Source of the DNA: Escherichia coli
GTDB lineage: Bacteria; Pseudomonadota; Gammaproteobacteria; Enterobacterales; Enterobacteriaceae
DNA: 64,000 nucleotides
Direction: 5' to 3' (one strand)
Assembly (NCBI RefSeq): GCF_050320075.1
Contig: NZ_CP190018.1
Shown one piece after another: positions 37,473 to 51,458 of this stretch; position 1 is the stretch's first letter, and each line of letters begins with the position of its first letter. Position numbers and translations under genes: made by a program. Under the pieces are notes generated by a model, which worked only from the letters and a program-made list of their open reading frames with translations, had not been told where the DNA came from and did no database searches.

Positions 37473-38993
37473 TTAGTGGTAGCCCATCAACTGAGCGCCG
37501 ATCACTACGACGCTGGACATAATAAACAGCAGTCCAAGCAGGGTCGCGCCCACCTTCAGCCAGTTACGGAAGTCCACCCGGCACACACCGAGCGTCGCCA
37601 TTAACGAAGCTGAGGTTGGGTAAATGATGTGGCTGAAGCCATCACCAAACTGGAACGCCAGCACGGTAACCTGACGGTTAACACCGACCAGATCGCCAAG
37701 CGGTGCCAGTAACGGCATGGTTAACGCCGCCTGACCAGAACCGGACGTCACGAAGAAATTAAATACCGCCTGGAAGAGCAACATAAACCAGGCCGCGACC
37801 GCGTTATCCAGACCGCTAATGGCATTGGCAATGCTGTTGAGGATGGTATTTAACACGCTGGCATCACCCGCTTCACCATTACCGACCAGCAGCAAAATCC
37901 CTTTGGCGAAACCTACCAGCAGGGCAGGGGCGATCATCATTCGCGCCCCTTCGGTGAAGGATGAAGCCATGGTATTAACCGTCATGCCGTTAAGGCGGAA
38001 AACAACGCCGATGATGCCAATCACCAGACCCATGGTGAAGAACTGGCTGGCAATTTCTGGAATAAACCAGGCATTAACGATCACGCCCCAAATCACCCAG
38101 ACCATTACGGCGGTCAGGACAATCAATACCAGCCAGTCACCAAAGGTAAACGGACGTTGTTCAACATCCGCCTGCTTTTCACGAAAGAAGCGGTCGGACT
38201 CATGCACGCGTGACAGAAGAGGATTCTTTTTCACTCGTGAGGCGTACACCATGGTAAAGATCAGGCCAATCAGAGTGGCGATAACCCACACCACGATGCG
38301 CAACCCGGAGCCAGAAAGCACCGGAACGCCGGCAATCCCCTGAGCAACAACCACACAAAACGGGTTCATCCACGAACTGGCAAAACCGATTTGCGTGGCG
38401 ATATAGGTCACCAGGACGGTGGTAATACTGTCATAGCCTAGCCGGACCATTAGCGGTGCGATGATAATGGCAAAGGCGACGGCCTCTTCTCCCATACCAA
38501 ATACCGCGCCGCCAAGTGAAAACAGAATAAAGAGCGCAGGAATAAAGAGAATTTCATTTCCGCGGGTATGGCGAATAAGCGCCAGGATACCGTTATCAAT
38601 GGTTCCTGTACGCATCACAATGCCAAACGCGCCGCCAATCACCAGCATAAACATGATGATGCCAACGGCTGTCCCGTATTTCGATCCTGAGGTTAACCCT
38701 TCAAACGGGAAGTTCATCAGGCCCGGGCGTTCATCGCCCGTCGTAAACAGCTGTACGCGGTGATACTCAGGTTCGCCTGCTTCGTTAGTCAGAATGCGAA
38801 ATGAGTGTGGATCTACGACTTTTCGTGTTTTTGTTTGACCATCAACCTGATACTGCACTTCCTGACTGTCAAACATGCCCACCGGAACTACCCAGGTGGC
38901 AAGACTGGTTAAAATGGCAACAAAAAAGATAATCACCAACGTATCGGGCATTGCCCATCTTCTGGTTGGTTTAGATTCAGTGATTGCGGACAT
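37473..38993 (-). CDS. yfcC: YfcC-family inner-membrane transporter (DcuC-like fold)
   Basis: 506 aa from the ATG at 38993-38991 (MSAITESKPTRRW); highly hydrophobic multi-pass protein; the ORF-track ORF adds 7 upstream codons. Confidence 0.88.
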   Translation of the reverse strand: MSAITESKPTRRWAMPDTLVIIFFVAILTSLATWVVPVGMFDSQEVQYQVDGQTKTRKVVDPHSFRILTNEAGEPEYHRVQLFTTGDERPGLMNFPFEGLTSGSKYGTAVGIIMFMLVIGGAFGIVMRTGTIDNGILALIRHTRGNEILFIPALFILFSLGGAVFGMGEEAVAFAIIIAPLMVRLGYDSITTVLVTYIATQIGFASSWMNPFCVVVAQGIAGVPVLSGSGLRIVVWVIATLIGLIFTMVYASRVKKNPLLSRVHESDRFFREKQADVEQRPFTFGDWLVLIVLTAVMVWVIWGVIVNAWFIPEIASQFFTMGLVIGIIGVVFRLNGMTVNTMASSFTEGARMMIAPALLVGFAKGILLLVGNGEAGDASVLNTILNSIANAISGLDNAVAAWFMLLFQAVFNFFVTSGSGQAALTMPLLAPLGDLVGVNRQVTVLAFQFGDGFSHIIYPTSASLMATLGVCRVDFRNWLKVGATLLGLLFIMSSVVVIGAQLMGYH

Positions 38994-39111
38994 AGCGCAA
39001 ATATTCCCTTGCACAAAACAAAGTGGTAAGTATGCAAAGTGAGATGGCGCAATTCATTGATGCAGCGCAGCTAAGCAAGATAATCAGAAAGGATTAATGC
39101 AAATTAAGAGA

Positions 39112-39143
39112 ATAAAAAACCGGAAATAGTGACTATTTCCGGT
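39112..39143 (-). terminator. Rho-independent terminator after pta (minus strand)
   Basis: On the minus strand, hairpin accggaaatag/ctatttccggt followed by a T-run (the + strand shows the A-run at 39113-39119). Confidence 0.65.
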
Positions 39144-39182
39144 TCAGATATCCGCAGCGCAAAGCTGCGGATGATGACGAGA

Positions 39183-41327
39183 TTACTGCTGCTGTGCAGA
39201 CTGAATCGCAGTCAGCGCGATGGTGTAGACGATATCGTCAACCAGTGCGCCACGGGACAGGTCGTTAACCGGCTTGCGCATACCCTGCAGCATCGGCCCG
39301 ATGGAGATCAGATCGGCAGAACGCTGTACTGCTTTGTAGGTGGTGTTACCGGTGTTCAGATCCGGGAAGATGAACACGGTAGCGCGACCTGCAACCGGAG
39401 AGTTCGGCGCTTTGGATTTCGCAACGTCAGCCATTACCGCAGCGTCGTACTGCAGCGGACCGTCGATCATCAGGTCAGGACGTTTTTCCTGCGCCAGACG
39501 AGTTGCTTCGCGAACTTTTTCTACGTCGCTACCAGCACCAGAAGTCCCGGTGGAGTAGGAGAGCATAGCAACGCGCGGTTCGATACCGAAGGCCGCAGCG
39601 GAATCAGCGGACTGAATCGCGATTTCTGCCAGCTGTTCTGCAGTCGGATCCGGGTTGATCGCACAGTCACCGTAAACGTAAACCTGTTCCGGCAGCAGCA
39701 TGAAGAACACGGAAGATACCAGGGAGCTGCCCGGTGCAGTTTTGATCAGCTGCAGCGGCGGACGGATGGTGTTTGCGGTAGTGTGAACAGCACCGGAAAC
39801 CAGACCATCAACTTCATCCTGTTCCAGCATCAGCGTACCGAGAACTACGTTATCTTCCAGCTGTTCGCGGGCAACGGTTTCGGTCATGCCTTTGTTCTTA
39901 CGCAGTTCGACCAGACGACCAACATAGCTTTCGCGAACCACTTCTGGATCAACGATTTCAATGCCTGCACCCAGTTCTACACCCTGAGACGCTGCAACAC
40001 GGTTGATCTCTGCCGGATTACCCAGCAGTACGCAAGTTGCGATACCACGTTCAGCACAGATAGCGGCTGCCTTAACGGTACGCGGTTCGTCACCTTCCGG
40101 CAGAACGATACGTTTGCCCGCTTTGCGCGCAAGTTCAGTCAGCTGATAACGGAACGCTGGCGGAGACAGACGACGGCTGCGCTCAGAAGTGGCAGTCAGA
40201 GAATCGATCCAGTCAGCGTTGATGTAGTTAGCAACGTATTCCTGAACTTTCTCGATACGCTCGTGATCGTCAACCGGAACTTCCAGGTTGAAGCTCTGCA
40301 GGCTCAGAGAAGTCTGCCAGGTGTTGGTGTTCACCATAAATACCGGCAGGCCGGTAGCGAAAGCACGTTCGCACAGTTTAGAAATGCGCGCGTCCATTTC
40401 GTAGCCGCCAGTCAGCAGCAGGGCACCGATTTCTACGCCGTTCATGGCAGCCAGGCACGCGGCAACCAGCACGTCAGGACGGTCTGCGGAAGTCACCAGC
40501 AGAGAACCGGCACGGAAGTGCTCCAGCATGTGTGGAATGCTGCGTGCGCAGAAAGTGACGGATTTAACGCGGCGAGTATTGATGTCGCCTTCGTTGATGA
40601 TGGTCGCATTCAGGTGGCGAGCCATATCGATCGCACGAGTCGCGATCAGGTCAAAGCTCCACGGCACAGCGCCGAGAACCGGCAGCGGGCTGGATTCTTG
40701 CAGCTTCGCCGGATCAACATTGTTTACTTTAGCTTTGGAAGAGTCGTCGAAAATCTCGGACAGATCCGGGCGAGTACGACCCTGTTCATCAACCGGTGCG
40801 TTCAGTTTGTTAACGATAACGCCGGTGATGTTGGTGTTTTTGGCACCGCCGAAGCTGTTGCGGGTCAGTTCGATACGCTCTTTCAGCTGTTCCGGGGTGT
40901 CAGTGCCCTGAGACATAACGAAGACGATTTCCGCATTCAGCGTTTTAGCGATTTCGTAGTTCAGAGACTGGGCAAACTGGTGCTTACGTGTCGGGACCAG
41001 ACCTTCAACCAGAACGACTTCAGCGTCTTTGGTGTTAGCGTGGTAGTTTGCGACGATCTCTTCCATCAGCACATCTTTCTGATTGCTGGAAAGCAGACCT
41101 TCAACGTAGCTCATTTTCAGCGGTTCAGCGGCCGTCGTGGTGGAAGAGTTAGCACGCACGATAGTCGTAGTCTGATCGGGCGCATCGCCACCGGTACGCG
41201 GCTGAGCGATAGGTTTGAAAACGCTCAGACGAACGCCTTTGCGTTCCATTGCACGGATCACGCCAAGGCTGACGCTGGTCAGACCGACGCTGGTTCCGGT
41301 AGGGATCAGCATAATAATACGGGACAC
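39183..41327 (-). CDS. pta: Phosphate acetyltransferase
   Basis: 714 aa; GTG start ([22 protein letters not shown]); recognised as Pta. Confidence 0.95.
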   Translation of the reverse strand: MSRIIMLIPTGTSVGLTSVSLGVIRAMERKGVRLSVFKPIAQPRTGGDAPDQTTTIVRANSSTTTAAEPLKMSYVEGLLSSNQKDVLMEEIVANYHANTKDAEVVLVEGLVPTRKHQFAQSLNYEIAKTLNAEIVFVMSQGTDTPEQLKERIELTRNSFGGAKNTNITGVIVNKLNAPVDEQGRTRPDLSEIFDDSSKAKVNNVDPAKLQESSPLPVLGAVPWSFDLIATRAIDMARHLNATIINEGDINTRRVKSVTFCARSIPHMLEHFRAGSLLVTSADRPDVLVAACLAAMNGVEIGALLLTGGYEMDARISKLCERAFATGLPVFMVNTNTWQTSLSLQSFNLEVPVDDHERIEKVQEYVANYINADWIDSLTATSERSRRLSPPAFRYQLTELARKAGKRIVLPEGDEPRTVKAAAICAERGIATCVLLGNPAEINRVAASQGVELGAGIEIVDPEVVRESYVGRLVELRKNKGMTETVAREQLEDNVVLGTLMLEQDEVDGLVSGAVHTTANTIRPPLQLIKTAPGSSLVSSVFFMLLPEQVYVYGDCAINPDPTAEQLAEIAIQSADSAAAFGIEPRVAMLSYSTGTSGAGSDVEKVREATRLAQEKRPDLMIDGPLQYDAAVMADVAKSKAPNSPVAGRATVFIFPDLNTGNTTYKAVQRSADLISIGPMLQGMRKPVNDLSRGALVDDIVYTIALTAIQSAQQQ

Positions 41328-41401
41328 GGTTTATCCTCTTTCGTTACCGCCGATTTGGCGGGTTACAAAACAGCACCGCCAGCTGAGCTGGCGGTGTGAA
41401 A

Positions 41402-42604
41402 TCAGGCAGTCAGGCGGCTCGCGTCTTGCGCGATAACCAGTTCTTCGTTGGTTGGGATAACCACCGCAGGACGGGTACCTTCTTTGTTGATGAAACCAGA
41501 TTTGCCGAAACGTGCAGCCAGGTTGCGTTCATGATCAACTTCAAAGCCCAGCACGCCCAGTTTGCCCAGAGACAGCTCACGAACCATCGCGGCATTTTCA
41601 CCGATACCACCGGTGAATACAACAGCGTCCAGACGACCATCCATCAGCGCAGTGTAGGCACCGATGTATTTCGCCAGGCGGTGGCAGTAAACGTCCATTG
41701 CGCGCTTCGCGTCTTCTTTCGTCGCGTAGTTGTCTTCAACATAGCGGCAGTCGCTGGTCACTTCGGTCAGACCCAGCAGGCCAGACTCTTTGGTCAGCAG
41801 TTTGTTGATTGCGTCAACGCTCATGCCCAGGGTGTCGTGCAGGTGGAAGATGATCGCCGGATCGATATCACCAGAACGGGTACCCATGACCAGACCTTCC
41901 AGCGGGGTCAGGCCCATAGAGGTGTCAACGCATTTACCGTTGCGGATAGCAGAAACGGAACCACCGTTGCCCAGGTGGCAGGTGATGATGTTCAGTTCTT
42001 CTACCGGTTTGTTCAGCATTTTTGCCGCTTCCTGGGTTACATAGAAGTGGCTGGTGCCGTGCGCGCCGTAACGACGGATGCCGTGCTCTTTGTACAGGTT
42101 GTACGGCAGGGCGTAGAGGTAAGACTCTTCCGGCATAGTCTGGTGGAACGCGGTGTCAAATACAGCAACGTTTTTGTCTTTCAGCTGTGGGAAAGATTTC
42201 AGAGCTTCTTCGATACCGATCAGGTGAGCCGGGTTGTGCAGCGGTGCAAAAGAAGCTGCATCTTTGATACCCTGAATAACAGACTCATCGATCACTACGG
42301 AGCTGGTATACTTTTCACCGCCGTGTACGATACGGTGACCGATAGCAGTCAGCTGCGCAGACAGTTCTGGTTTTTGTGCCAGAATAGTATTAACGATAAA
42401 GTTGAGCGCTTCGCTGTGAGCGGCGCCTGCACCTAAAGCCGCTTCCTGTTTATTGCCGTCCATTTTCCATTTGATACGTGCTTCGGGCAGGTGGAAACAT
42501 TCGGCTAAACCAGAAAGGTACTCTTCACCATTTACTGCATCGATGATTGCAAATTTCAGTGAAGAACTACCGCAGTTCAGAACCAGTACTAACTTACTCG
42601 ACAT
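41402..42604 (-). CDS. ackA: Acetate kinase
   Basis: 400 aa; [21 protein letters not shown]-terminus diagnostic of acetate kinase. Confidence 0.95.
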   Translation of the reverse strand: MSSKLVLVLNCGSSSLKFAIIDAVNGEEYLSGLAECFHLPEARIKWKMDGNKQEAALGAGAAHSEALNFIVNTILAQKPELSAQLTAIGHRIVHGGEKYTSSVVIDESVIQGIKDAASFAPLHNPAHLIGIEEALKSFPQLKDKNVAVFDTAFHQTMPEESYLYALPYNLYKEHGIRRYGAHGTSHFYVTQEAAKMLNKPVEELNIITCHLGNGGSVSAIRNGKCVDTSMGLTPLEGLVMGTRSGDIDPAIIFHLHDTLGMSVDAINKLLTKESGLLGLTEVTSDCRYVEDNYATKEDAKRAMDVYCHRLAKYIGAYTALMDGRLDAVVFTGGIGENAAMVRELSLGKLGVLGFEVDHERNLAARFGKSGFINKEGTRPAVVIPTNEELVIAQDASRLTA

Positions 42605-42941
42605 GGAAGTACCTATAATTGATACGTGGCTAAAAAAACGTCAGGGAGCCATAGAGCGTAGCGCATGATGACACCGACATTTATGATTAACATCATGCAC
42701 TGCAAATTTTTTTTGCATGATGGAAGAAATATCTTGAGTCTATGCCATTTTGCGTAATTTTCAGCCAATGGCATAATGTATATGAATTTGACGACTCAAT
42801 GAATATGTACTACTTAGGCCTTCAGGCTGCTAAAGGATACCTGATAGTGGGTATGGAAGACAAAATGTTTTGAACGTTGTCCCGCTGAGTTGTGAATTTG
42901 CACAAATTTTTGAATCTTTATATGTGAAGTTGAGGTGAAGC

Positions 42942-43397
42942 ATGTCAACGCCGGATAATCGTTCTGTTAATTTTTTTAGCTTGTTTCGCCGGGGACAGCA
43001 TTACTCAAAGACGTGGCCGCTGGAAAAACGCCTTGCCCCGGTCTTTGTCGAAAATCGCGTTATCAAGATGACGCGTTATGCGATCCGTTTTATGCCGCCG
43101 ATCGCCGTATTTACTCTCTGCTGGCAGATTGCCCTGGGCGGTCAGCTTGGGCCGGCAGTTGCCACTGCGCTGTTCGCCTTAAGTTTACCCATGCAGGGAT
43201 TGTGGTGGCTGGGCAAGCGTTCTGTAACGCCATTACCCCCTGCTATCCTCAACTGGTTTTATGAAGTTCGCGGTAAATTGCAGGAGTCTGGACAGGTGTT
43301 GGCACCCGTTGAAGGCAAGCCTGATTACCAGGCATTAGCTGACACGCTTAAGCGCGCCTTCAAACAACTGGATAAAACTTTCCTTGATGATTTGTAA
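42942..43397 (+). CDS. yfbV: UPF0208 inner-membrane protein
   Basis: 151 aa with two hydrophobic segments; divergent from ackA. Confidence 0.85.
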
Positions 43398-43973
<576 letters not shown>

Positions 43974-43983
43974 GGAGGTCCGC

Positions 43984-44634
43984 GTGCGGTGCAAAGGTTT
44001 TCTGTTTGATCTTGATGGAACGCTGGTGGATTCCCTGCCTGCGGTAGAGCGGGCGTGGAGCAACTGGGCCAGACGTCATGGGTTAGCGCCGGAAGAGGTG
44101 CTGGCTTTCATTCACGGTAAACAGGCGATCACCTCTCTGCGCCATTTTATGGCGGGCAAATCCGAGGCTGATATTGCCGCCGAGTTTACGTGTCTGGAGC
44201 AAATCGAGGCCACGGAAACCGAGGGTATTACCGCGCTTCCGGGGGCAATCGCCTTACTCAATCATTTGAATAAAGCAGGTATTCCGTGGGCCATTGTGAC
44301 TTCTGGCTCCATGCCGGTAGCGCGAGCGCGCCATAAAGTAGCTGGGCTTCCCGCACCAGAGGTGTTTGTAACCGCTGAGCGAGTGAAGCGCGGAAAACCA
44401 GAACCTGATGCGTATCTGTTAGGCGCGCAGCTGCTGGGGCTTGCGCCGCAGGAGTGTGTGGTGGTGGAAGATGCTCCCGCTGGCGTGCTTTCTGGCCTGG
44501 CGGCGGGTTGTCATGTCATTGCGGTTAACGCTCCGGCAGATACCCCGCGCCTGAATGAGGTCGATTTGGTCCTCCACAGTCTGGAGCAAATTACTGTGAC
44601 CAAACAGCCAAATGGCGATGTTATTATTCAGTGA
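43984..44634 (+). CDS. hxpA: HAD-family hexitol/sugar phosphatase
   Basis: 216 aa; GTG start preceded by gaggagg RBS; HAD motif I (FLFDLDGTLVDS). Also known as yfbT. Confidence 0.88.
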   Translation: MRCKGFLFDLDGTLVDSLPAVERAWSNWARRHGLAPEEVLAFIHGKQAITSLRHFMAGKSEADIAAEFTCLEQIEATETEGITALPGAIALLNHLNKAGIPWAIVTSGSMPVARARHKVAGLPAPEVFVTAERVKRGKPEPDAYLLGAQLLGLAPQECVVVEDAPAGVLSGLAAGCHVIAVNAPADTPRLNEVDLVLHSLEQITVTKQPNGDVIIQ

Positions 44635-44653
44635 AACACCTGATCATGATTTA

Positions 44654-44678
44654 GCCCCGTCTCGTCGGGGCTTTTTTA
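44654..44678 (+). terminator. Rho-independent terminator after hxpA
   Basis: Hairpin gccccg/cggggc followed by tttttt. Confidence 0.7.
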
Positions 44679-44720
44679 TGGCAGAATCAAGTCATCCCCC
44701 TCAATTAACAAGGATAAGTT

Positions 44721-46553
44721 GTGAACGGTGAATTGATTTGGGTTCTTTCATTACTGGCCGTTGCCATCGTCTTGTTTGCGACGGGCAGAGTGCGTATGGA
44801 TGCGGTCGCTTTGTTTGTTATTGTCGCGTTTGCATTAAGCGGAACGCTGACGGTCCCCGAAGTATTTTCCGGCTTTTCCGATCCTAACGTTGTCCTGATT
44901 GCCGCCTTGTTCATTATTGGCGATGGTTTGGTCCGTACCGGTGTTGCCACCGTAATGGGGACATGGCTGGTCAAAGTGGCGGGCAACAGTGAAATCAAAA
45001 TGTTGGTTTTGTTGATGCTGACCGTCGCGGGGCTTGGCGCGTTTATGAGTTCAACCGGCGTTGTCGCTATCTTTATTCCCGTGGTGTTAAGCGTTGCCAT
45101 GCGTATGCAAACGTCGCCGTCGCGCCTGATGATGCCGTTAAGTTTTGCCGGGCTGATAAGCGGCATGATGACGCTGGTGGCGACGCCGCCGAACCTGGTA
45201 GTCAACAGTGAATTGCTGCGTGAAGGCTATCATGGTTTTAGTTTCTTTAGCGTAACACCTATTGGCCTGGTCGTGCTGGTGCTGGGTATTTTGTATATGT
45301 TAGTGATGCGTTTCATGCTGAAAGGGGATACCCAGACCCCGCAGCGCGAAGGCTGGACGCGTCGAACCTTTCGCGATCTTATCCGTGAATATCGACTGAC
45401 CGGGCGTGCGCGACGTCTGGCTATTCGCCCCGGATCGCCAATGATTGGTCAACGGCTGGACGATCTCAAATTACGTGAGCGTTATGGCGCTAACGTCATC
45501 GGTGTTGAACGCTGGCGGCGTTTTCGTCGCGTTATCGTGAACGTTAATGGGGTTTCTGAATTTCGCGCGCGTGACGTTTTGCTTATTGATATGTCTGCGG
45601 CTGATGTCGATCTCCGGCAATTTTGTAGTGAGCAATTGCTGGAGCCGATGGTACTGCGCGGCGAGTATTTTTCTGACCAGGCACTTGATGTGGGCATGGC
45701 AGAGATTTCATTAATTCCTGAGTCAGAACTTATTGGTAAATCGGTGCGCGAAATTGGTTTTCGTACCCGCTACGGACTGAATGTGGTGGGGCTAAAGCGC
45801 AATGGCGAGGCGATGGAAGGTTCGCTGGCGGATGAGCCTCTGCTGCTGGGCGATATCATCCTGGTTGTGGGTAACTGGAAACTGATCGGTATGCTGGCAA
45901 AACAAGGGCGTGACTTTGTGGCGCTGAACTTACCAGAAGAAGTGAGTGAAGCATCGCCAGCACACAGTCAGGCACCTCATGCCATTTTTTGCCTGGTGTT
46001 GATGGTGGCGTTAATGCTGACCGATGAAATTCCTAATCCTGTTGCCGCTATCATCGCCTGCCTGCTGATGGGGAAATTCCGCTGTATCGATGCTGAAAGC
46101 GCCTATAAATCCATTCACTGGCCGAGCATTATTTTGATCGTTGGGATGATGCCGTTTGCTGTGGCATTACAGAAAACGGGAGGTGTCGCGCTGGCGGTGA
46201 AAGGGCTGATGGACATTGGCGGCGGTTACGGGCCACATATGATGCTGGGTTGTTTGTTTGTCTTGTCGGCGGTTATTGGGCTATTTATCTCTAATACCGC
46301 AACGGCGGTGTTGATGGCTCCGATTGCGCTGGCTGCTGCCAAAACGATGGGTGTGTCGCCTTATCCATTTGCGATGGTCGTGGCGATGGCAGCATCCGCC
46401 GCCTTTATGACGCCGGTTTCTTCACCGGTTAACACACTGGTTTTAGGTCCGGGAAATTACAGCTTCAGTGACTTTGTGAAGTTGGGGGTACCGTTCACCA
46501 TTATCGTGATGGCGGTTTGTGTGGTGATGATCCCGATGCTGTTTCCGTTTTGA
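44721..46553 (+). CDS. yfbS: DASS/SLC13-like transporter with two cytoplasmic TrkA-C (RCK_C) domains
   Basis: 610 aa; GTG start after aaggata RBS; hydrophobic N- and C-terminal halves separated by two RCK_C-like segments. Confidence 0.85.
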   Translation: MNGELIWVLSLLAVAIVLFATGRVRMDAVALFVIVAFALSGTLTVPEVFSGFSDPNVVLIAALFIIGDGLVRTGVATVMGTWLVKVAGNSEIKMLVLLMLTVAGLGAFMSSTGVVAIFIPVVLSVAMRMQTSPSRLMMPLSFAGLISGMMTLVATPPNLVVNSELLREGYHGFSFFSVTPIGLVVLVLGILYMLVMRFMLKGDTQTPQREGWTRRTFRDLIREYRLTGRARRLAIRPGSPMIGQRLDDLKLRERYGANVIGVERWRRFRRVIVNVNGVSEFRARDVLLIDMSAADVDLRQFCSEQLLEPMVLRGEYFSDQALDVGMAEISLIPESELIGKSVREIGFRTRYGLNVVGLKRNGEAMEGSLADEPLLLGDIILVVGNWKLIGMLAKQGRDFVALNLPEEVSEASPAHSQAPHAIFCLVLMVALMLTDEIPNPVAAIIACLLMGKFRCIDAESAYKSIHWPSIILIVGMMPFAVALQKTGGVALAVKGLMDIGGGYGPHMMLGCLFVLSAVIGLFISNTATAVLMAPIALAAAKTMGVSPYPFAMVVAMAASAAFMTPVSSPVNTLVLGPGNYSFSDFVKLGVPFTIIVMAVCVVMIPMLFPF

Positions 46554-46557
46554 CAAG

Positions 46558-46610
46558 AGCCTGATGTCGCATCCGGCGCTTATTGCCTGATGCGACGCAG
46601 ACTCCGGCTG
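46558..46610. repeat. REP-like palindromic element between convergent yfbS and yfbR
   Basis: gcctgatgtcgcatccggcgcttattgcctgatgcgacgc contains REP-type GCCTGATGCGACGC half-sites. Confidence 0.6.
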
Positions 46611-46611
46611 C

Positions 46612-47211
46612 TTACAGCGGTGAATCCTGGCTAATCTCATCGAGCGAAAGATGGAAGCTGGGAACAAAGACTTCCATGAAGTAGTCCATCTCCTGGCTGC
46701 GGCGCGCTTCAAGCGTCGCTTCCAGTCGCGTTTTTGCCAGCAAGAATTCATTATTTCCCGCCGCGAGTTCTTCCAGACATTTCAGATATGCACACAGTGC
46801 ATCTGCCTGTTTCACCAGCGATTTTTCTTCATCGCTATATGCATGCTCGTCAATTAACGGCGCAAAGATATCCCGCAGCTCTTCCGGAACCATATCGACC
46901 AGTTTTTGCTGAGCGATTTTTTCAATCGCCTTGTACTCCTGAGCGATTTGCGAATTGAAGTATTTCACCGGAGTAGGGAGATCGCCGGTGAGCACTTCTG
47001 AGGCATCGTGGTACATCGCCAGTAAAGCGATACGTTCGGCGTTGACATTACCGCCAAATTTCCGATTTTTGATAGCTGCCAGCGCATGGGCGACCATCGC
47101 TACCTGCAAACTGTGTTCGGACACATTTTCAGTCCGCACGTTGCGCATCAGCGGCCAGCGGTTAATGAGTTTCAGGCGGGAGAGATGGGCAAAAAAATGG
47201 CTCTGTTTCAT
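46612..47211 (-). CDS. yfbR: 5'-deoxynucleotidase (HD-domain)
   Basis: 199 aa; HD motifs ([21 protein letters not shown]). Confidence 0.9.
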
Positions 47212-47294
47212 AGTGACCTTATGTATGATGACATCATCAGGTCATTGTGGCGGGATAACACTGCCGGATGCAATCTCCGGCAGTGAAATTAAGA

Positions 47295-48512
47295 TTACAG
47301 CTGATGATAACCAGAAAGGAAACGCGCGAACTTACTCAAAGACAGCTCGATATCATCGACACGCGGTAGCGTGACAATGCGGAAGTGATCCGGCCACGGC
47401 CAGTTGAATGCCGTCCCTTGCACCAACAGAACTTTTTCCTGCAACAGGAAATCCAGCACCATTTTCTGATCGTCGTGAATATTAAAGCGTTTGGCGTCGA
47501 TTTTCGGGAACATGTACAGCGCACCGCGCGGTTTCACGCAGGAAACGCCCGGAATATCGTTGATCAATTCCCACGCGCGGTTACGCTGCTCATAAAGACG
47601 CCCGCCGGGAGTAATAAATTCACTGATGCTCTGATAACCGCCTAGTGCAGTCTGAATGGCGTGTTGCGCAGGAACGTTAGCACACAGGCGCATTGAAGCC
47701 AGCATTTCCAGACCTTCGATGTAGCCTTTGGCGTGTTTTTTCGGCCCGTTCAACACCATCCACCCCTGACGGAAGCCTGCAACGCGGTATGTTTTCGACA
47801 GGCCGTTAAAGGTAATGGTCAGCAGATCAGGTGCCAGCGGCGCAATTGAGTGATGCTCAGCGTCGTCGTAGAGAATTTTGTCATAAATTTCATCGGCGAA
47901 GATAATGAGATTATGCTGACGTGCAATCTCCACTATCTCCATTAAAAGCTCTTTGGAATATACCGCGCCGGTTGGGTTATTTGGGTTGATAATAACGATC
48001 CCACGCGTACGAGGCGTAATTTTAGCGCGAATATCATCAAGGTCCGGGAACCAGTCAGAGGATTCATCGCAAAGATAATGCACCGCTTTACCGCTGGAGA
48101 GCGAAACCGCCGCGGTCCATAGTGGGTAATCAGGTGCAGGAACCAACATTTCGTCCCCGCTGTTCAGCAATGCCTGCATTGCCTGAACGATAAGCTCCGA
48201 TACACCATTGCCGATGTAAATATCTTCCACGGTAACATCACGCATGCCACGAGCCTGGTAGTGCTGCATGATGGCTTTACGCGCGGAGTAAAGCCCTTTG
48301 GAATCGCAATACCCTTGAGCGGTAGGCAGGTTGCGAATCACGTCAACGAGGATTTCATCTGGCGCGTCAAAACCGAATGGTGCAGGATTGCCGATGTTCA
48401 GTTTCAGTACCTTGTTACCTTCTTCTTCCAGGCGTTTTGCTTCTTTCAGCACCGGACCACGGATGTCGTAACAGACATTCTCTAATTTGCTGGATTTTTC
48501 AATGGGGGACAT
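47295..48512 (-). CDS. alaA: Glutamate-pyruvate (alanine) aminotransferase
   Basis: 405 aa, PLP-dependent aminotransferase class I; recognised as AlaA/YfbQ. Confidence 0.92.
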   Translation of the reverse strand: MSPIEKSSKLENVCYDIRGPVLKEAKRLEEEGNKVLKLNIGNPAPFGFDAPDEILVDVIRNLPTAQGYCDSKGLYSARKAIMQHYQARGMRDVTVEDIYIGNGVSELIVQAMQALLNSGDEMLVPAPDYPLWTAAVSLSSGKAVHYLCDESSDWFPDLDDIRAKITPRTRGIVIINPNNPTGAVYSKELLMEIVEIARQHNLIIFADEIYDKILYDDAEHHSIAPLAPDLLTITFNGLSKTYRVAGFRQGWMVLNGPKKHAKGYIEGLEMLASMRLCANVPAQHAIQTALGGYQSISEFITPGGRLYEQRNRAWELINDIPGVSCVKPRGALYMFPKIDAKRFNIHDDQKMVLDFLLQEKVLLVQGTAFNWPWPDHFRIVTLPRVDDIELSLSKFARFLSGYHQL

Positions 48513-50370
<1,858 letters not shown>

Positions 50371-50413
50371 TCGACGGACCATAGATAATTTCTGAGACAA
50401 TAGTGTAAAAACG

Positions 50414-50452
50414 AGCCGCTGGGGGTGTTTTAAACCCCAGCGGCTTTTTTTT
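50414..50452 (+). terminator. Rho-independent terminator after lrhA
   Basis: 11-bp stem agccgctgggg/ccccagcggct followed by an 8-T run. Confidence 0.8.
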
Positions 50453-50999
50453 AGTAAAAAGCCTTCCTCGTATCGTGCAGAACATACAAAACTGTTCATT
50501 TTTCAATCACCAGAGATTCACGTCCCGAACGCACAAATAATCGCCTGAAAAAAATCACCTGCTACAATGATGTTAAAAAATACGTAAATTTGTTGCTGCG
50601 TTTTTGTTATGGAATGACAAAAGCGTGTCACAGATCAAGAAAATACTCTCTTTTGGGGGGAGGAATCGACACAAATTCCTGTCAAAATAGACCCGTATTT
50701 TTTCCATTGCTTCACAACGGACACGATTCAACAACATCTAATTATCCTGGAGTCGTCAAGGATCTGGGGTGAAAGGGCATTAAATGCTAATGGTGTTGAT
50801 ATTATGTAAACTAATGTGAAGAAACTTTTGTTAAAGTTGACAAAAGGTTATAGAAAGGAGTAAAAGACCACATCAATTAGCTGTATAAAAGAATTTCTAC
50901 AGTGATTGTAAGGTTTTTTTTATTCCTCCCCATGAATCGATGTGGCGTCCATCTGCCGTGAAGAGCAGTGAATCTGGCGCTACTTTTGATGAGTAAGCA
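50453..50999 (+). promoter_or_regulatory. nuo operon promoter/regulatory region
   Basis: About 550 bp of non-coding, partly AT-rich sequence upstream of nuoA; individual promoter elements not resolved. Confidence 0.5.
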
Positions 51000-51443
51000 A
51001 TGAGTATGTCAACATCCACTGAAGTCATCGCTCATCACTGGGCATTCGCTATCTTTCTTATCGTTGCCATTGGCCTGTGTTGCCTGATGCTGGTAGGCGG
51101 TTGGTTTTTAGGCGGTCGCGCACGCGCGAGGTCGAAAAACGTGCCGTTTGAATCCGGTATCGACTCGGTCGGCTCCGCCCGCTTACGCCTGTCCGCCAAG
51201 TTTTATCTGGTGGCCATGTTCTTCGTTATCTTCGACGTTGAAGCGCTGTATCTGTTCGCATGGTCAACCTCTATCCGCGAAAGCGGCTGGGTAGGCTTTG
51301 TGGAAGCTGCAATTTTTATTTTTGTGTTACTGGCAGGTCTGGTTTATCTGGTGCGTATTGGCGCGCTGGACTGGACGCCCGCGCGTTCACGCCGCGAGCG
51401 TATGAACCCGGAAACGAACAGTATCGCTAATCGTCAACGCTAA
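51000..51443 (+). CDS. nuoA: NADH-quinone oxidoreductase subunit A
   Basis: 147 aa, three hydrophobic segments; first gene of the nuo cluster. Confidence 0.95.
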
Positions 51444-51458
51444 CCGCGAGGCATTAAG

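Noticed and set aside
39129..41399. 756-aa ORF on the + strand
   Set aside because: It lies entirely antisense to pta, whose product is unmistakable. The + strand translation is Arg/Gln/Val-rich low-complexity sequence typical of antisense frames in GC-rich coding DNA, with no domain-like features.
41396..42436. 346-aa ORF on the + strand
   Set aside because: Antisense to ackA; shadow ORF.
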